A stretch of 64,000 nt of DNA from contig CAYYPI010000003.1 of the NCBI GenBank assembly GCA_964473565.1, positions 1,811 through 65,810 of the forward strand, given 5' to 3'. Position 1 is the stretch's first letter, and each line of letters begins with the position of its first letter. The translations under genes and the position numbers were made by a program. Of this stretch, positions 36,021 to 45,501 are shown piece by piece. The notes below the pieces were generated by a model. The model was not told the origin of the DNA, ran no database searches, and saw only the letters and a list, made by a program, of their open reading frames with translations. Origin of the DNA: an uncultured Gammaproteobacteria bacterium (GTDB lineage: Bacteria; Patescibacteriota; Patescibacteriia; Patescibacteriales; UBA12465).

Positions 36021-39000
36021 TTATCTTAGCGACCTAAAAGCTTCATCTAAAGTGGTGTAACCTTTTAGTGCCTTAATAACACCGTCTTGAAGTATAGTCA
36101 CTGTACCTGCTTTTACAGCTAATTCTTCTATTTCATAATCAATAACTTCTTTACTTTGAATGGCTTTTCTAATTTCACTAGAAACTTCCATAACTTCATA
36201 AATACCGATTCTTCCTTTGTAGCCTAAACTATTACATTGTGGACAACCTTTACCTTGATAAAATTTAAGTTCACTTGGTATTTCAACTTTAGCTTTGTCG
36301 CTAATAGAATCTAAAACTTCTCTAACTTCATTTAATTGTTCTTCACTGATTTTAATTTCTTCTTTACAATGAGGACAAATCCTTCTAGCTAATCTTTGTC
36401 CAATTGAAGCCTCTAGAGCATTAGCAAGGAGTTGTCTAGGTACATTTAGACCACTTAAACGACTAACTGCGCTAGCTGCGCTATTAGCATGTAAAGTAGA
36501 GAGAACTAAATGACCAGTGGTAGCAGCTTCAATAGCTATGTTAGCTGTTTCTTCATCTCTAATTTCTCCCACCATCATGATGTTAGGGTTTTGGCGAAGT
36601 AAAGATTTCATAGCTGAAGCAAAAGTATAGCCTTGATCAGCATCAATTTGTGTTTGCATGAGTCCAGGCATTTGGTATTCAATAGGATCTTCAACAGTAA
36701 TAATTTTAACATCTGGACTGTTTAATTTATTTAGAGCAGAGTATAAAGTAGTAGTTTTACCAGAACCGGTAGGCCCAGTAGTAATTATAATACCCTTAGT
36801 TTTAGAAATTGACCTTGTTAAAGGTTCTAGGCTGTATTTTTCCATGCCCAATTCTTTAAGGTCAAGACTTTGAGCTTGAGAGGCTAGAAGACGAATTACA
36901 ATAGTTTCACCATAACCTCCTGAGATGATAGAAACACGACTGTCAGCTCGTTTAGTGGGCATTTTAATGCTAAAACGACCATCAATTGTCGCTTTCTTAA
37001 CATTAGTAGCTACACCAATAAGAATTTTAACCTTTGATAACAGTGGTAAATAATGATCTTTAGCTAAATCAACCACATCATGCAATACGCCATCTATTCT
37101 AAAACGTACTTTCACGCTAGTTTCAGTTGGTTCGATATGAATATCTCCAGCATCAGCCTGTATAGCCATAGCAACAATTATTTTTAGTACTTTTTGTACA
37201 GATACATTTTTAAAACTAGTATTTATATTAACTAAATCTTGACTTAGCTCTTTAGCTTCATCAAGTTCTTCTTGATTAATTTTTATACCTCTACCAATAG
37301 TTTGGCTAATAACAATATCATATAATTCATCCACGTAGTCGGTATTACCAATTACTCTATAGATCTCTTCTAAACTAGTTTTACCTTCTATAGCTTTTAA
37401 AACTCCATCTTGAAGCATGGTAATCATGCCATTTTCAATAGCTTGTTGCAAAATTTTAAAAGAAGCAGCTTCTTTTATAACTAAGTCTTTAATTTTGTCA
37501 TCTAGCGTGAATATTTCATAAATACCAACTCTTCCTTTATAGCCTATAAAGTTACACTTATCACAACCTTCTGGGTTGGGTTTAAATAATTTAGGTATTT
37601 CAGTAGGAACGTCAAGATTTGATTTTGGTGAGATTACAGCAAGTATTTTCTTAAGTTTTTCATTCTCCTCTTCAGCTGGTTGATATTCTGTTTTACATTC
37701 ATTACACAATTTTCTAACTAATCTTTGACCAATAACAGCGTTAATTGAGGGAACTAAGAAATATGGTTTTACACCCATGTCTATTAAACGAGGTATAACA
37801 CCTGAGGCATCATTAGTGTGCAAGGTGGATAAAACTAAGTGACCAGTTAAACTAGCTTGTACGGAAATTTCAGCTGTATCAAGATCGCGAATTTCTCCTA
37901 CCATAACAATATCTGGATCTTGCCTCAAGACTGAACGTAGTCCATTAGCAAAAGTATATTCTTTTTTTCTGTTAATTTGACTTTGATTAATTCCTTCTAA
38001 TTGATACTCAATCGGGTCTTCTAAGGTGATAATTTTTGTTCCTGGTTGATTTAATTTATTTAAAATAGAGTATAAAGTAGTGGTTTTACCTGAACCTGTA
38101 GGACCAGTTGTTAGTATTAGACCGTTAGGTTTTTTAATTTCTTCTTTTAATATGTTATAGGCTTCATCTCTAAGACCTAACTCCTCAAATCCTAATTGAA
38201 TAGATTCAGATCTTAAAATTCTCATAACCACACTTTCTCCAAAGGCTGTAGGTAAAAAGGAAGCACGCACATCAATTTGTTCATTAGGTAGATAAATTTT
38301 AAAACGACCATCTTGTGGTGCGCCTTCAATATTAATTTTTACACCTGCTAAAAGTTTTAAACGGGAAATAATTTTTTTCCATTGTTCCTTTTTAATAGTA
38401 GCAGCCTCTTGCAAAACACCATCAATTCTTAGTCTCACAACTACTCCTTTGTCCTCAGCTTCAATATGTACATCACTGACATCAACCTTAATAGCAGTAG
38501 CTAAAATAAGAGTAACAATATCAGTAATATTCACTTGATTTATTTTTTCAGCAAGCTTTTTGTAATCAGTGATTTCATTTTTAAACTTTTCTAAATCTTT
38601 AGCTGGAATTTCCACTCCACTATCATACTTTTTTATTTTAGGAATAGCTTTATATACTTCTAAGGCATATTCAAAACTATGTCGAGATATTAAGTATATT
38701 CTACTGTTAGTAAAATATTTAGCATCAAGTTCTTTTTGTATTTCTTTAGCAGCTTTAGCTTCTGGATCAGTGGTGGCTATACGAATGTTTTCTCCATCAT
38801 AATAAAAGCAAATAACTTCTTTTTCTTTAGCTACTTTTTCATCTATTAAAACAATTGCATCAGGGCTTATAGGAAAAGCAAATAGATTAACATACTTTAG
38901 GCCAGCTTCTTCAGCTTTAGCCATAGTTTGTTCTTCCATTTCTTTTATTTTAATTTCTTCTTGTTTTTTTGCTAATTTTCCTTGAATAGTATCTTCGTCT

Positions 39001-39050
39001 TGAACATCATCAGAATTAATCAAGTTATTAATGGAGTTATAGGTAGACAT
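36021..39050 (-). CDS. tandem-duplicated type II/IV secretion ATPase (two complete PilB/GspE modules in one polypeptide)
   Basis: 1009 aa. Module 1 (aa 1-568) has a GspE N-terminal domain, Walker A GPTGSGKT at aa 316, IVMVGEIRD, TGHLVLSTLH, and CNEC..CDKC. Module 2 (aa 569-1009) has Walker A at aa 759, IMMVGEIRD, TGHLVLSTLH, and CPHC..CPQC. Confidence 0.9.
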   Translation of the reverse strand: MSTYNSINNLINSDDVQDEDTIQGKLAKKQEEIKIKEMEEQTMAKAEEAGLKYVNLFAFPISPDAIVLIDEKVAKEKEVICFYYDGENIRIATTDPEAKAAKEIQKELDAKYFTNSRIYLISRHSFEYALEVYKAIPKIKKYDSGVEIPAKDLEKFKNEITDYKKLAEKINQVNITDIVTLILATAIKVDVSDVHIEAEDKGVVVRLRIDGVLQEAATIKKEQWKKIISRLKLLAGVKINIEGAPQDGRFKIYLPNEQIDVRASFLPTAFGESVVMRILRSESIQLGFEELGLRDEAYNILKEEIKKPNGLILTTGPTGSGKTTTLYSILNKLNQPGTKIITLEDPIEYQLEGINQSQINRKKEYTFANGLRSVLRQDPDIVMVGEIRDLDTAEISVQASLTGHLVLSTLHTNDASGVIPRLIDMGVKPYFLVPSINAVIGQRLVRKLCNECKTEYQPAEEENEKLKKILAVISPKSNLDVPTEIPKLFKPNPEGCDKCNFIGYKGRVGIYEIFTLDDKIKDLVIKEAASFKILQQAIENGMITMLQDGVLKAIEGKTSLEEIYRVIGNTDYVDELYDIVISQTIGRGIKINQEELDEAKELSQDLVNINTSFKNVSVQKVLKIIVAMAIQADAGDIHIEPTETSVKVRFRIDGVLHDVVDLAKDHYLPLLSKVKILIGVATNVKKATIDGRFSIKMPTKRADSRVSIISGGYGETIVIRLLASQAQSLDLKELGMEKYSLEPLTRSISKTKGIIITTGPTGSGKTTTLYSALNKLNSPDVKIITVEDPIEYQMPGLMQTQIDADQGYTFASAMKSLLRQNPNIMMVGEIRDEETANIAIEAATTGHLVLSTLHANSAASAVSRLSGLNVPRQLLANALEASIGQRLARRICPHCKEEIKISEEQLNEVREVLDSISDKAKVEIPSELKFYQGKGCPQCNSLGYKGRIGIYEVMEVSSEIRKAIQSKEVIDYEIEELAVKAGTVTILQDGVIKALKGYTTLDEAFRSLR

Positions 39051-39068
39051 AATAAGTGTATAATTATT

Positions 39069-39113
39069 AAATTGCTATATAATTTATATAGTTTTTGTAT
39101 TATATAGCAATTT
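39069..39113. repeat. perfect 15-bp inverted repeat with 15-nt spacer upstream of the tandem ATPase gene
   Basis: AAATTGCTATATAAT (39069-39083) and ATTATATAGCAATTT (39099-39113) are exact reverse complements. Confidence 0.85.
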
Positions 39114-39128
39114 AAAAATAATAAGGAA

Positions 39129-40142
39129 TTATTTTTTAGTTTTCTTCTTTTTTCTAGTATTTTTAGTATTTTTACCTTTTTCTTTATCATTTAATCTTTT
39201 TATCTTACTTACAGCCTTTCGATCAAGTAATTCCAAGAAAAGTTTTGTCCATGAATTAATTAAGAAAGCTGTTAACATAGAGCCAAGCCAAATTACGGCT
39301 AATATCAAAAGAGTAAAGCCTATAAATGTAATTAACCAGAAGATTGTAAAATTAGCAAAAATAATACTTAGAATCACAAAAGGGGCAGCTATAGCAAACA
39401 TAGCTACTAGTATCATTATACCTACAATTATATTTATTAACATCAAAATAAAAGCCATTTCTAAACTGATAACCCAATTTTTAGAAAATAAATTTACAGC
39501 ATTATTAATTGCTTCTATAAATTTATTCTTTTTTATCACAATATAAGCAATTGCATATTTTGCTATTAGAGATAAACCTATTACCACGGGAATAAAAATT
39601 AAAAATAAGATGGTATAGACAATAATTGATACCCAAGAGATGGAAGAGGTTAAAATAATAGGTAGAGAAATTAAGAAAAATATAGAAGCAATAAGTACCT
39701 TAACTAATATGTTAACACCTAGAACTGGCCAAAAATGTGATTGTCCTACTAACATCCCTTTACTGATACCTAAATCTTTTTTTTCGTTATTATATAATTT
39801 TTTGGCTTGATCAACTAAAGCAGCTTGTGAGCTAATTGTTAAAATAACTAAAAATATAAATATAGCTAGAGCTAGAATTAAGAAAATAACACTAATTAAA
39901 GCATCTCTAGGATTCTCTGCAAAGTAAGGGCCAATGTTTGTCCATAGTTCTGGGTTAAAAATTGCAAAAAAACGACCTATTGCGTTTAAGGTTGTTCCCC
40001 CATTATTTTCAACGATATTATTTATAATTTGATACTCACCACCAGCACCTAAGAAAGTAGCAAATAAACCAAAGAACCAGAGATATTTGTTGTGCCAAGT
40101 AATGTTTAGTGATTGTCTTAAGATTTTACGATAAGAAAACAT
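39129..40142 (-). CDS. polytopic membrane protein of unknown function with a poly-Lys C-terminus
   Basis: 337 aa with about 7 TM spans. C-terminal KEKGKNTKNTRKKKKTKK. No family recognised with confidence. Confidence 0.5.
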   Translation of the reverse strand: MFSYRKILRQSLNITWHNKYLWFFGLFATFLGAGGEYQIINNIVENNGGTTLNAIGRFFAIFNPELWTNIGPYFAENPRDALISVIFLILALAIFIFLVILTISSQAALVDQAKKLYNNEKKDLGISKGMLVGQSHFWPVLGVNILVKVLIASIFFLISLPIILTSSISWVSIIVYTILFLIFIPVVIGLSLIAKYAIAYIVIKKNKFIEAINNAVNLFSKNWVISLEMAFILMLINIIVGIMILVAMFAIAAPFVILSIIFANFTIFWLITFIGFTLLILAVIWLGSMLTAFLINSWTKLFLELLDRKAVSKIKRLNDKEKGKNTKNTRKKKKTKK

Positions 40143-40303
40143 AAAATTTAAATTAATATAGCTAAAAAGCCTTTGTTAGTTAATGATTTGTATATATAAT
40201 TATACCACAGGAGACAATAGTTGCCAATTTAATAATTTTTATATAATTGCTAAATAAAATTAAATAATATACAATAAAAATACTAATATACAAGCAATAT
40301 ACT

Positions 40304-40981
40304 ATGAAAATAAAAAAAGTATTTAAAATTACGCAGAATTCACGTAATGATTTCATTTCTAAGGTTATAGATTCTAGCTCTCCTAGTGTAGAGTTTTATT
40401 TTTTAGTCATCATTTCTACTTTAATCGTTACTTTTGGTTTGGCTTCTAATAATATTATTTTAGTTATTGGAGGTATGCTGGTGACGCCCTTACTTTTTCC
40501 AATATTGGCGATTGCCTTAGGTGTGGTAACAAATGAAAGAAAATTATTATTAAGATCAGTTAAAGTTTTTTTATTTTCTATAATTTTAGCTCTTATTATT
40601 GCCTTTATTGTTGGGTTTTTAACTAAAGTCTATGTTTATAGAATTGATTTAATTACTTTAATGAAGCCCTCATGGTTTTCTTTTGTAGTTGCTGTTACTG
40701 CCGGTATAGCTGCTAGTTATAGTTGGGCAAAACCAAATTTAGATAATATTTTACCAGGAACAGCTATTACAGTTACTTTAATTCCACCTTTAACTGCCTT
40801 AGGTTTAGTTTTAGGAGAACAAAGCTGGTTTTTATTTTTTAGAGTTTTAGAGTTTTTTGTTTTAAATGTTTTTGGTATTATTGTAGGAAGTTTGTTAGTT
40901 TTTTTACTTATGGATTTTTATAAAGCTAAAACGCAAGCTTCTAAAGAAATTAAATTAGAAGCTAAGAAGTTGGCTAAATAA
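40304..40981 (+). CDS. membrane protein, DUF389-like
   Basis: 225 aa with 5-6 TM spans. GGMLVTPLLFPILAIALG resembles DUF389 cores. The assignment is from memory only. Confidence 0.45.
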   Translation: MKIKKVFKITQNSRNDFISKVIDSSSPSVEFYFLVIISTLIVTFGLASNNIILVIGGMLVTPLLFPILAIALGVVTNERKLLLRSVKVFLFSIILALIIAFIVGFLTKVYVYRIDLITLMKPSWFSFVVAVTAGIAASYSWAKPNLDNILPGTAITVTLIPPLTALGLVLGEQSWFLFFRVLEFFVLNVFGIIVGSLLVFLLMDFYKAKTQASKEIKLEAKKLAK

Positions 40982-41025
40982 TTTCTTAAAAAATATTAAT
41001 TATTTTAAGTTATAACATTAGATAT

Positions 41026-42237
41026 ATGAAAATTAACACTAATAATCAGGATATAGCTGAATTAATAGAAAGAGGCGTGGAAGATATCTATCCTGATAAG
41101 GCTAGTTTAGAAAAAAAATTAAAAAGTGGTGAAAAAATCAAACTATATTGTGGTTTTGACCCCAGCGCTAAATCATTACACATTGGTAATGCTATTTTAA
41201 TAAATAAATTGTCACAATTTCAAAAGCTTGGACACGAGGTAATATTTTTAATAGGTGATTTTACTGGCATGATTGGTGACCCTACTGACAAAACTTCTGT
41301 TAGAAAGAAGTTAAGCAGAGAGGACGTGCTTGTAAATAGTAAAGACTATAAAAAACAAGCATCTTCTTTTTTAAGTTTTAGTGGTAATAATCCTGCTAAG
41401 CTAAAATATAATAGTGAATGGAATGATAAATTAAGCTTTAAAGATTTAATTGAGCTATCTTCAAACTTTACAGTACAGCAAATGCTACAAAGAGATATGT
41501 TTCAAAAAAGACAAGAAGAAGAAAAACCTATCTATCTTCACGAATTTCTTTATCCATTAACTCAGGCCTATGACAGTGTGGCTATGGATGTAGATTTAGA
41601 GATTGGCGGTAATGATCAGATGTTTAATATGATGTGCGGCAGAGATTTACTTAAAACCTTGAAAAATAAAGAAAAATTTGTTTTAACCATGAAGCTTTTA
41701 GCTGATGAGAGTGGCAAAAAAATGGGTAAAAGTGAAGGTAATGTTGTTTTCTTAAATGAAGAAGCTAATGAAATATATGGAAAAGTAATGTCCTGGCCTG
41801 ATGAAGTAATGTCAGTGGCTTTTGAGTTGTGTACACAATTAGATTGGCAGGAAGTGCAAGACATTCAAAAACAATTAAAGACTAAAGACGTGAATTTTAG
41901 AGACATGAAGATGAAACTAGCTAGAGAAATCACTAGTAGCATAAAAGGTGATAAAGAAGCACAGCGAGCTGAAGAGTATTTTGTTAGAACTATTCAAAAG
42001 AAAGAAGTTCCTGATAATATAGAACAAATCTCTTTAAAAAAAGATAGCTTAAACATCTTAGACTTATTAGTAATAACAAAATTAACATCTAGTAAAGGAG
42101 AAGCACGAAGGTTAATCAAGCAAAATGGCTTAAAGATTGACGGTGAACTTGTTGAAAGTGTAGATTTAGAATTAAGTTTAGAAAAACCTAGGTTAATTCA
42201 AAAAGGTAAAAGATATTTTTTGAAAGTAAAAAAATAA
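41026..42237 (+). CDS. tyrS: tyrosine--tRNA ligase
   Basis: Class I motifs HIGN and KMGKS, plus a C-terminal S4 domain (SKGEARRLIKQNGLKIDG). Confidence 0.95.
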   Translation: MKINTNNQDIAELIERGVEDIYPDKASLEKKLKSGEKIKLYCGFDPSAKSLHIGNAILINKLSQFQKLGHEVIFLIGDFTGMIGDPTDKTSVRKKLSREDVLVNSKDYKKQASSFLSFSGNNPAKLKYNSEWNDKLSFKDLIELSSNFTVQQMLQRDMFQKRQEEEKPIYLHEFLYPLTQAYDSVAMDVDLEIGGNDQMFNMMCGRDLLKTLKNKEKFVLTMKLLADESGKKMGKSEGNVVFLNEEANEIYGKVMSWPDEVMSVAFELCTQLDWQEVQDIQKQLKTKDVNFRDMKMKLAREITSSIKGDKEAQRAEEYFVRTIQKKEVPDNIEQISLKKDSLNILDLLVITKLTSSKGEARRLIKQNGLKIDGELVESVDLELSLEKPRLIQKGKRYFLKVKK

Positions 42238-42238
42238 T

Positions 42239-43978
42239 ATGGATATTTTAGAAAAATTAAAGCAAAATATAGTTCTTGAGGTAAATAAAGTGCTTTTAGA
42301 ATACAAAATAAATAGTGCTGACATTGTTTTTCCTCCTAAAAAAGAACAAGGAGATTTGTGTTTGCCCACTTTTACTTTAGCTAAAAAAACTACAAAAAAT
42401 CCTATACAAATAGCGGATAGCCTAGAAGATAAATTAGAAAGGATTGAGGGTGTTAAAAATTTGAAAGCGCAAGGTCCTTATTTAAACTTTTTTTTAGACA
42501 AAGATTATATAATTTCGCAAACACTAAGCGCTATTTTTAAGGAAAAGAGTAAATATGGACAAAACCAAGATTTTAAAGGTAAAAAAATAATGATAGAGTT
42601 TGCTCATCCTAATCCCTTTAAGGCTTTTCACATTGGGCATTTAAGAAATATTATTTTAGGTGAGTCACTGGTGAGAATTTTTGAGTTCAGCTCTGCTCAG
42701 GTTATACGTACTAATTATCAGGGTGATGTTGGAATGCATATAGCCAAGTGTTTATGGTCTTTCAAGAAGATAGAAGAAAAAGATTATCCTGAAAATATTA
42801 ATGAAAGAGTTTCTTTATTGGCAAATTGTTATAGTGAAGGCGCTAATGCCTTTGAAACCGACCTTCTTGCTAAAAAGGAAATAGAAGATATTAATAAAGA
42901 AATATATAATCAAAATGACAAAGAAATAAAGAAGCTTTGGGATTTAGGAAAGAAATGGAGTTTAGACAAATTTGCACAAATATATAAAAGATTAGATAGT
43001 AGTTTTGATCGTCAATATATGGAGTCAGAAGTAAAAGATGAGGCTATGCATTATATTGAAGAAGCTATACAAAAAGAAATATTGGTTAGAAGTGAGGGGG
43101 CTGTGATATTTCCTGGAGAAGAATATGGTTTAGAGACTAGGGTATTTTTGAATTCACAGGGACTTCCAACTTATGACGGTAAAGAATTAGGATTAGCATA
43201 TAGAGAATTCACTGACTTTGGAAAAATCGATTTATGTATACATAATGTGGCTGTGGAACAAATTAGTTTCTTTAAGGTGAATTTTAAAGTCCAAGAACTT
43301 TTAGATCCACAAAGGTTTAAAGACAAACAAAAACATAATGCTTATGAATTTGTAGGTTTAAAAAAGGGAAAGATGTCTTCACGTTTAGGTAAGGTGGTCT
43401 TAGCTGAAACAGTTATTGATTTAGCAAAAGATAAGATTAAAGAACTTATTCGTAGGCGAGAGGATGATGAAGGTAACAATATTAATATTACAAGTAATAT
43501 TGAAGAAGTTTCAGAGAAGCTAGCTGTTAGTTCAATTAAATATGCTTTTTTAAAGATTAACCCTTTCAAGTATTTTGCTTTTGACATAGAAGAAAGTGTT
43601 AGTTTTTCTGGCAATTCTGGTCCGTATATTAATTATACTTATGCAAGGATAAATAGTATACTAAAAAAAGCAAAACCAGGAATTTTAACTAAGAATATAT
43701 ACAAGTATTTAGATTTTAATGAAGAAAAAGATTTAGTTATACATTTATCTAAATTCCCACAAGTGATTATAAATTCAAGACAGGGTTACAATCCTTCTGA
43801 GTTAGTTAAGTATTTATTTGAGCTTTCTAAGAAGTTTAATGATTATTACCATAAGGTGCCGATTATTAAAGCAGATGATAAAGAAAAAAAAGCCAGATTA
43901 AAATTAATCCAAGCAATTAGTCAAGTTTTAGAAAATGGTACTTATCTGTTAGGTTTTGAATTGGTTAAAGATATGTAA
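42239..43978 (+). CDS. argS: arginine--tRNA ligase
   Basis: HPNPFKAFHIGHLRN, GKMSSRLG, and a C-terminal anticodon-binding DALR-type domain. Starts 1 nt after the tyrS stop. Confidence 0.95.
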   Translation: MDILEKLKQNIVLEVNKVLLEYKINSADIVFPPKKEQGDLCLPTFTLAKKTTKNPIQIADSLEDKLERIEGVKNLKAQGPYLNFFLDKDYIISQTLSAIFKEKSKYGQNQDFKGKKIMIEFAHPNPFKAFHIGHLRNIILGESLVRIFEFSSAQVIRTNYQGDVGMHIAKCLWSFKKIEEKDYPENINERVSLLANCYSEGANAFETDLLAKKEIEDINKEIYNQNDKEIKKLWDLGKKWSLDKFAQIYKRLDSSFDRQYMESEVKDEAMHYIEEAIQKEILVRSEGAVIFPGEEYGLETRVFLNSQGLPTYDGKELGLAYREFTDFGKIDLCIHNVAVEQISFFKVNFKVQELLDPQRFKDKQKHNAYEFVGLKKGKMSSRLGKVVLAETVIDLAKDKIKELIRRREDDEGNNINITSNIEEVSEKLAVSSIKYAFLKINPFKYFAFDIEESVSFSGNSGPYINYTYARINSILKKAKPGILTKNIYKYLDFNEEKDLVIHLSKFPQVIINSRQGYNPSELVKYLFELSKKFNDYYHKVPIIKADDKEKKARLKLIQAISQVLENGTYLLGFELVKDM

Positions 43979-44003
43979 ATATAGAGATTAAATTAATATA
44001 TAT

Positions 44004-45392
44004 ATGACAAAAAATGACAATCAATTAGAAAAAATTATAGCTTTAGCTAAAAGGCGTGGTTTTGTTTACCCTTCTTCAGAAATATATGGTGGTTTTAGCG
44101 CTGTTTATGATTTTGGACCATATGGATCACTATTAGCTAAAAATATAAAAGATTATTGGTGGAAAAAAATGACACAAGAAAAAGAAAATATAGTTGGACT
44201 TGATTCTGCTATATTTACCAGTCCTAAAGTTTGGGAAGCTAGTGGCCATGTTTCTGGTTTTAGTGACCCTTTAATGGAGTGTAAGAATTGTAATGCACGC
44301 TTAAGAGCTGATACCCTACTTGAGGAAGTGGGTGTGTTTGCAGACGAGAAAATGTCAGAAGAGGAGATTGCTGACATATTTCAAAGTAATAAAGAGAAGA
44401 TTAAATGTCCTAATTGTGGTAAACAGGATTTTACTGAACCAAAAAGTTTTAACTTGTTAGTTAAATCAAACCTAGGTAATTTTACTGGTAATTGGGATAA
44501 AGAGCCATCATATTTAAGAGGTGAAACAGCTCAAGGAATTTATGTTAATTATAAAAATGTAATGGATACTACTAGAGTTAAAATTCCTTTTGGTATTGCT
44601 CAAATTGGAAAAGCTTTTAGAAATGAGATTACAGCTCGTCAGTTTATATTTAGAACTAGAGAATTTGAACAAATGGAAATGCAGTATTTTATTCATCCAG
44701 ATATGACAAAAGATGAATATGAAAAATTAAAAAAAGAGAGATGGGACTTTTATCTTGATATTGGTATTAAAGAGGAGAATTTAAGATGGTATAAACATGA
44801 AAAATTAGCTTTTTATGCAAAAGAAGCTTATGACATAGAATACAATTATCCTTTTGGTTTTAAGGAATTAGAGGGTATTCATGCTAGAGGTGATTATGAT
44901 TTATCTCAGCATAGCAAATATAGTGGACAAAACTTAGAATATTTAGACCCAGAAACTAAAGAAAAGTATATTCCTCATGTTGTTGAAGCTTCTAGTGGTG
45001 TAGGTAGAGCCTTCCTAGCTATTATTTGCGACGCCTACCATGAAGAAGACTTAGAAAAGGATACCAGGGTGGTTTTAAAGATAGATAAAAAAATAGCTCC
45101 TATTAAAATAGCAGTATTTCCACTTTTAAAGAATAAAGAGAAACTTTTTAATAAAGCTAAAGAAATATATAACAACTTAAAGAAGGATTATTATTGTGAG
45201 TTTGATAGTAGTGGCAATATTGGTAAGCGTTATCGCAGACAAGATGAAATTGGAACTCCTTATTGTGTAACTATTGACTTTGATAGTTTAGAAAACAATG
45301 ATGTTACTATTAGAGATAGAGATACTATGGAACAGGTTAGGGTAAAAATAGAAGATTTAGAGCTGTTTTTAAAGGAGCGTCTTAGTATTTAA
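44004..45392 (+). CDS. glyQS: glycine--tRNA ligase (dimeric GlyQS type)
   Basis: RRGFVYPSSEIYGG, FRNEITARQFIFRTREFEQMEMQYF, and a C-terminal anticodon-binding domain. Confidence 0.95.
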   Translation: MTKNDNQLEKIIALAKRRGFVYPSSEIYGGFSAVYDFGPYGSLLAKNIKDYWWKKMTQEKENIVGLDSAIFTSPKVWEASGHVSGFSDPLMECKNCNARLRADTLLEEVGVFADEKMSEEEIADIFQSNKEKIKCPNCGKQDFTEPKSFNLLVKSNLGNFTGNWDKEPSYLRGETAQGIYVNYKNVMDTTRVKIPFGIAQIGKAFRNEITARQFIFRTREFEQMEMQYFIHPDMTKDEYEKLKKERWDFYLDIGIKEENLRWYKHEKLAFYAKEAYDIEYNYPFGFKELEGIHARGDYDLSQHSKYSGQNLEYLDPETKEKYIPHVVEASSGVGRAFLAIICDAYHEEDLEKDTRVVLKIDKKIAPIKIAVFPLLKNKEKLFNKAKEIYNNLKKDYYCEFDSSGNIGKRYRRQDEIGTPYCVTIDFDSLENNDVTIRDRDTMEQVRVKIEDLELFLKERLSI

Positions 45393-45410
45393 AAACAATA
45401 AATCATCATA

Positions 45411-45445
45411 AAAAAAACAGGGTTAATAATCCTGTTTTTTGTTTT
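45411..45445 (+). terminator. intrinsic terminator after glyQS
   Basis: AACAGG-GTTAATAAT-CCTGTT hairpin followed by TTTTTGTTTT. Confidence 0.7.
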
Positions 45446-45486
45446 CTTAATTTAATTATTAAATTTAAAATTACTTCATCACTGTC

Positions 45487-45495
45487 TGTTATAAT
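45487..45495 (+). promoter_or_regulatory. extended -10 promoter element positioned for a leaderless transcript
   Basis: TGtTATAAT ends 7 nt before the A of the ATG at 45502. Confidence 0.35.
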
Positions 45496-45501
45496 CGAAA
45501 G

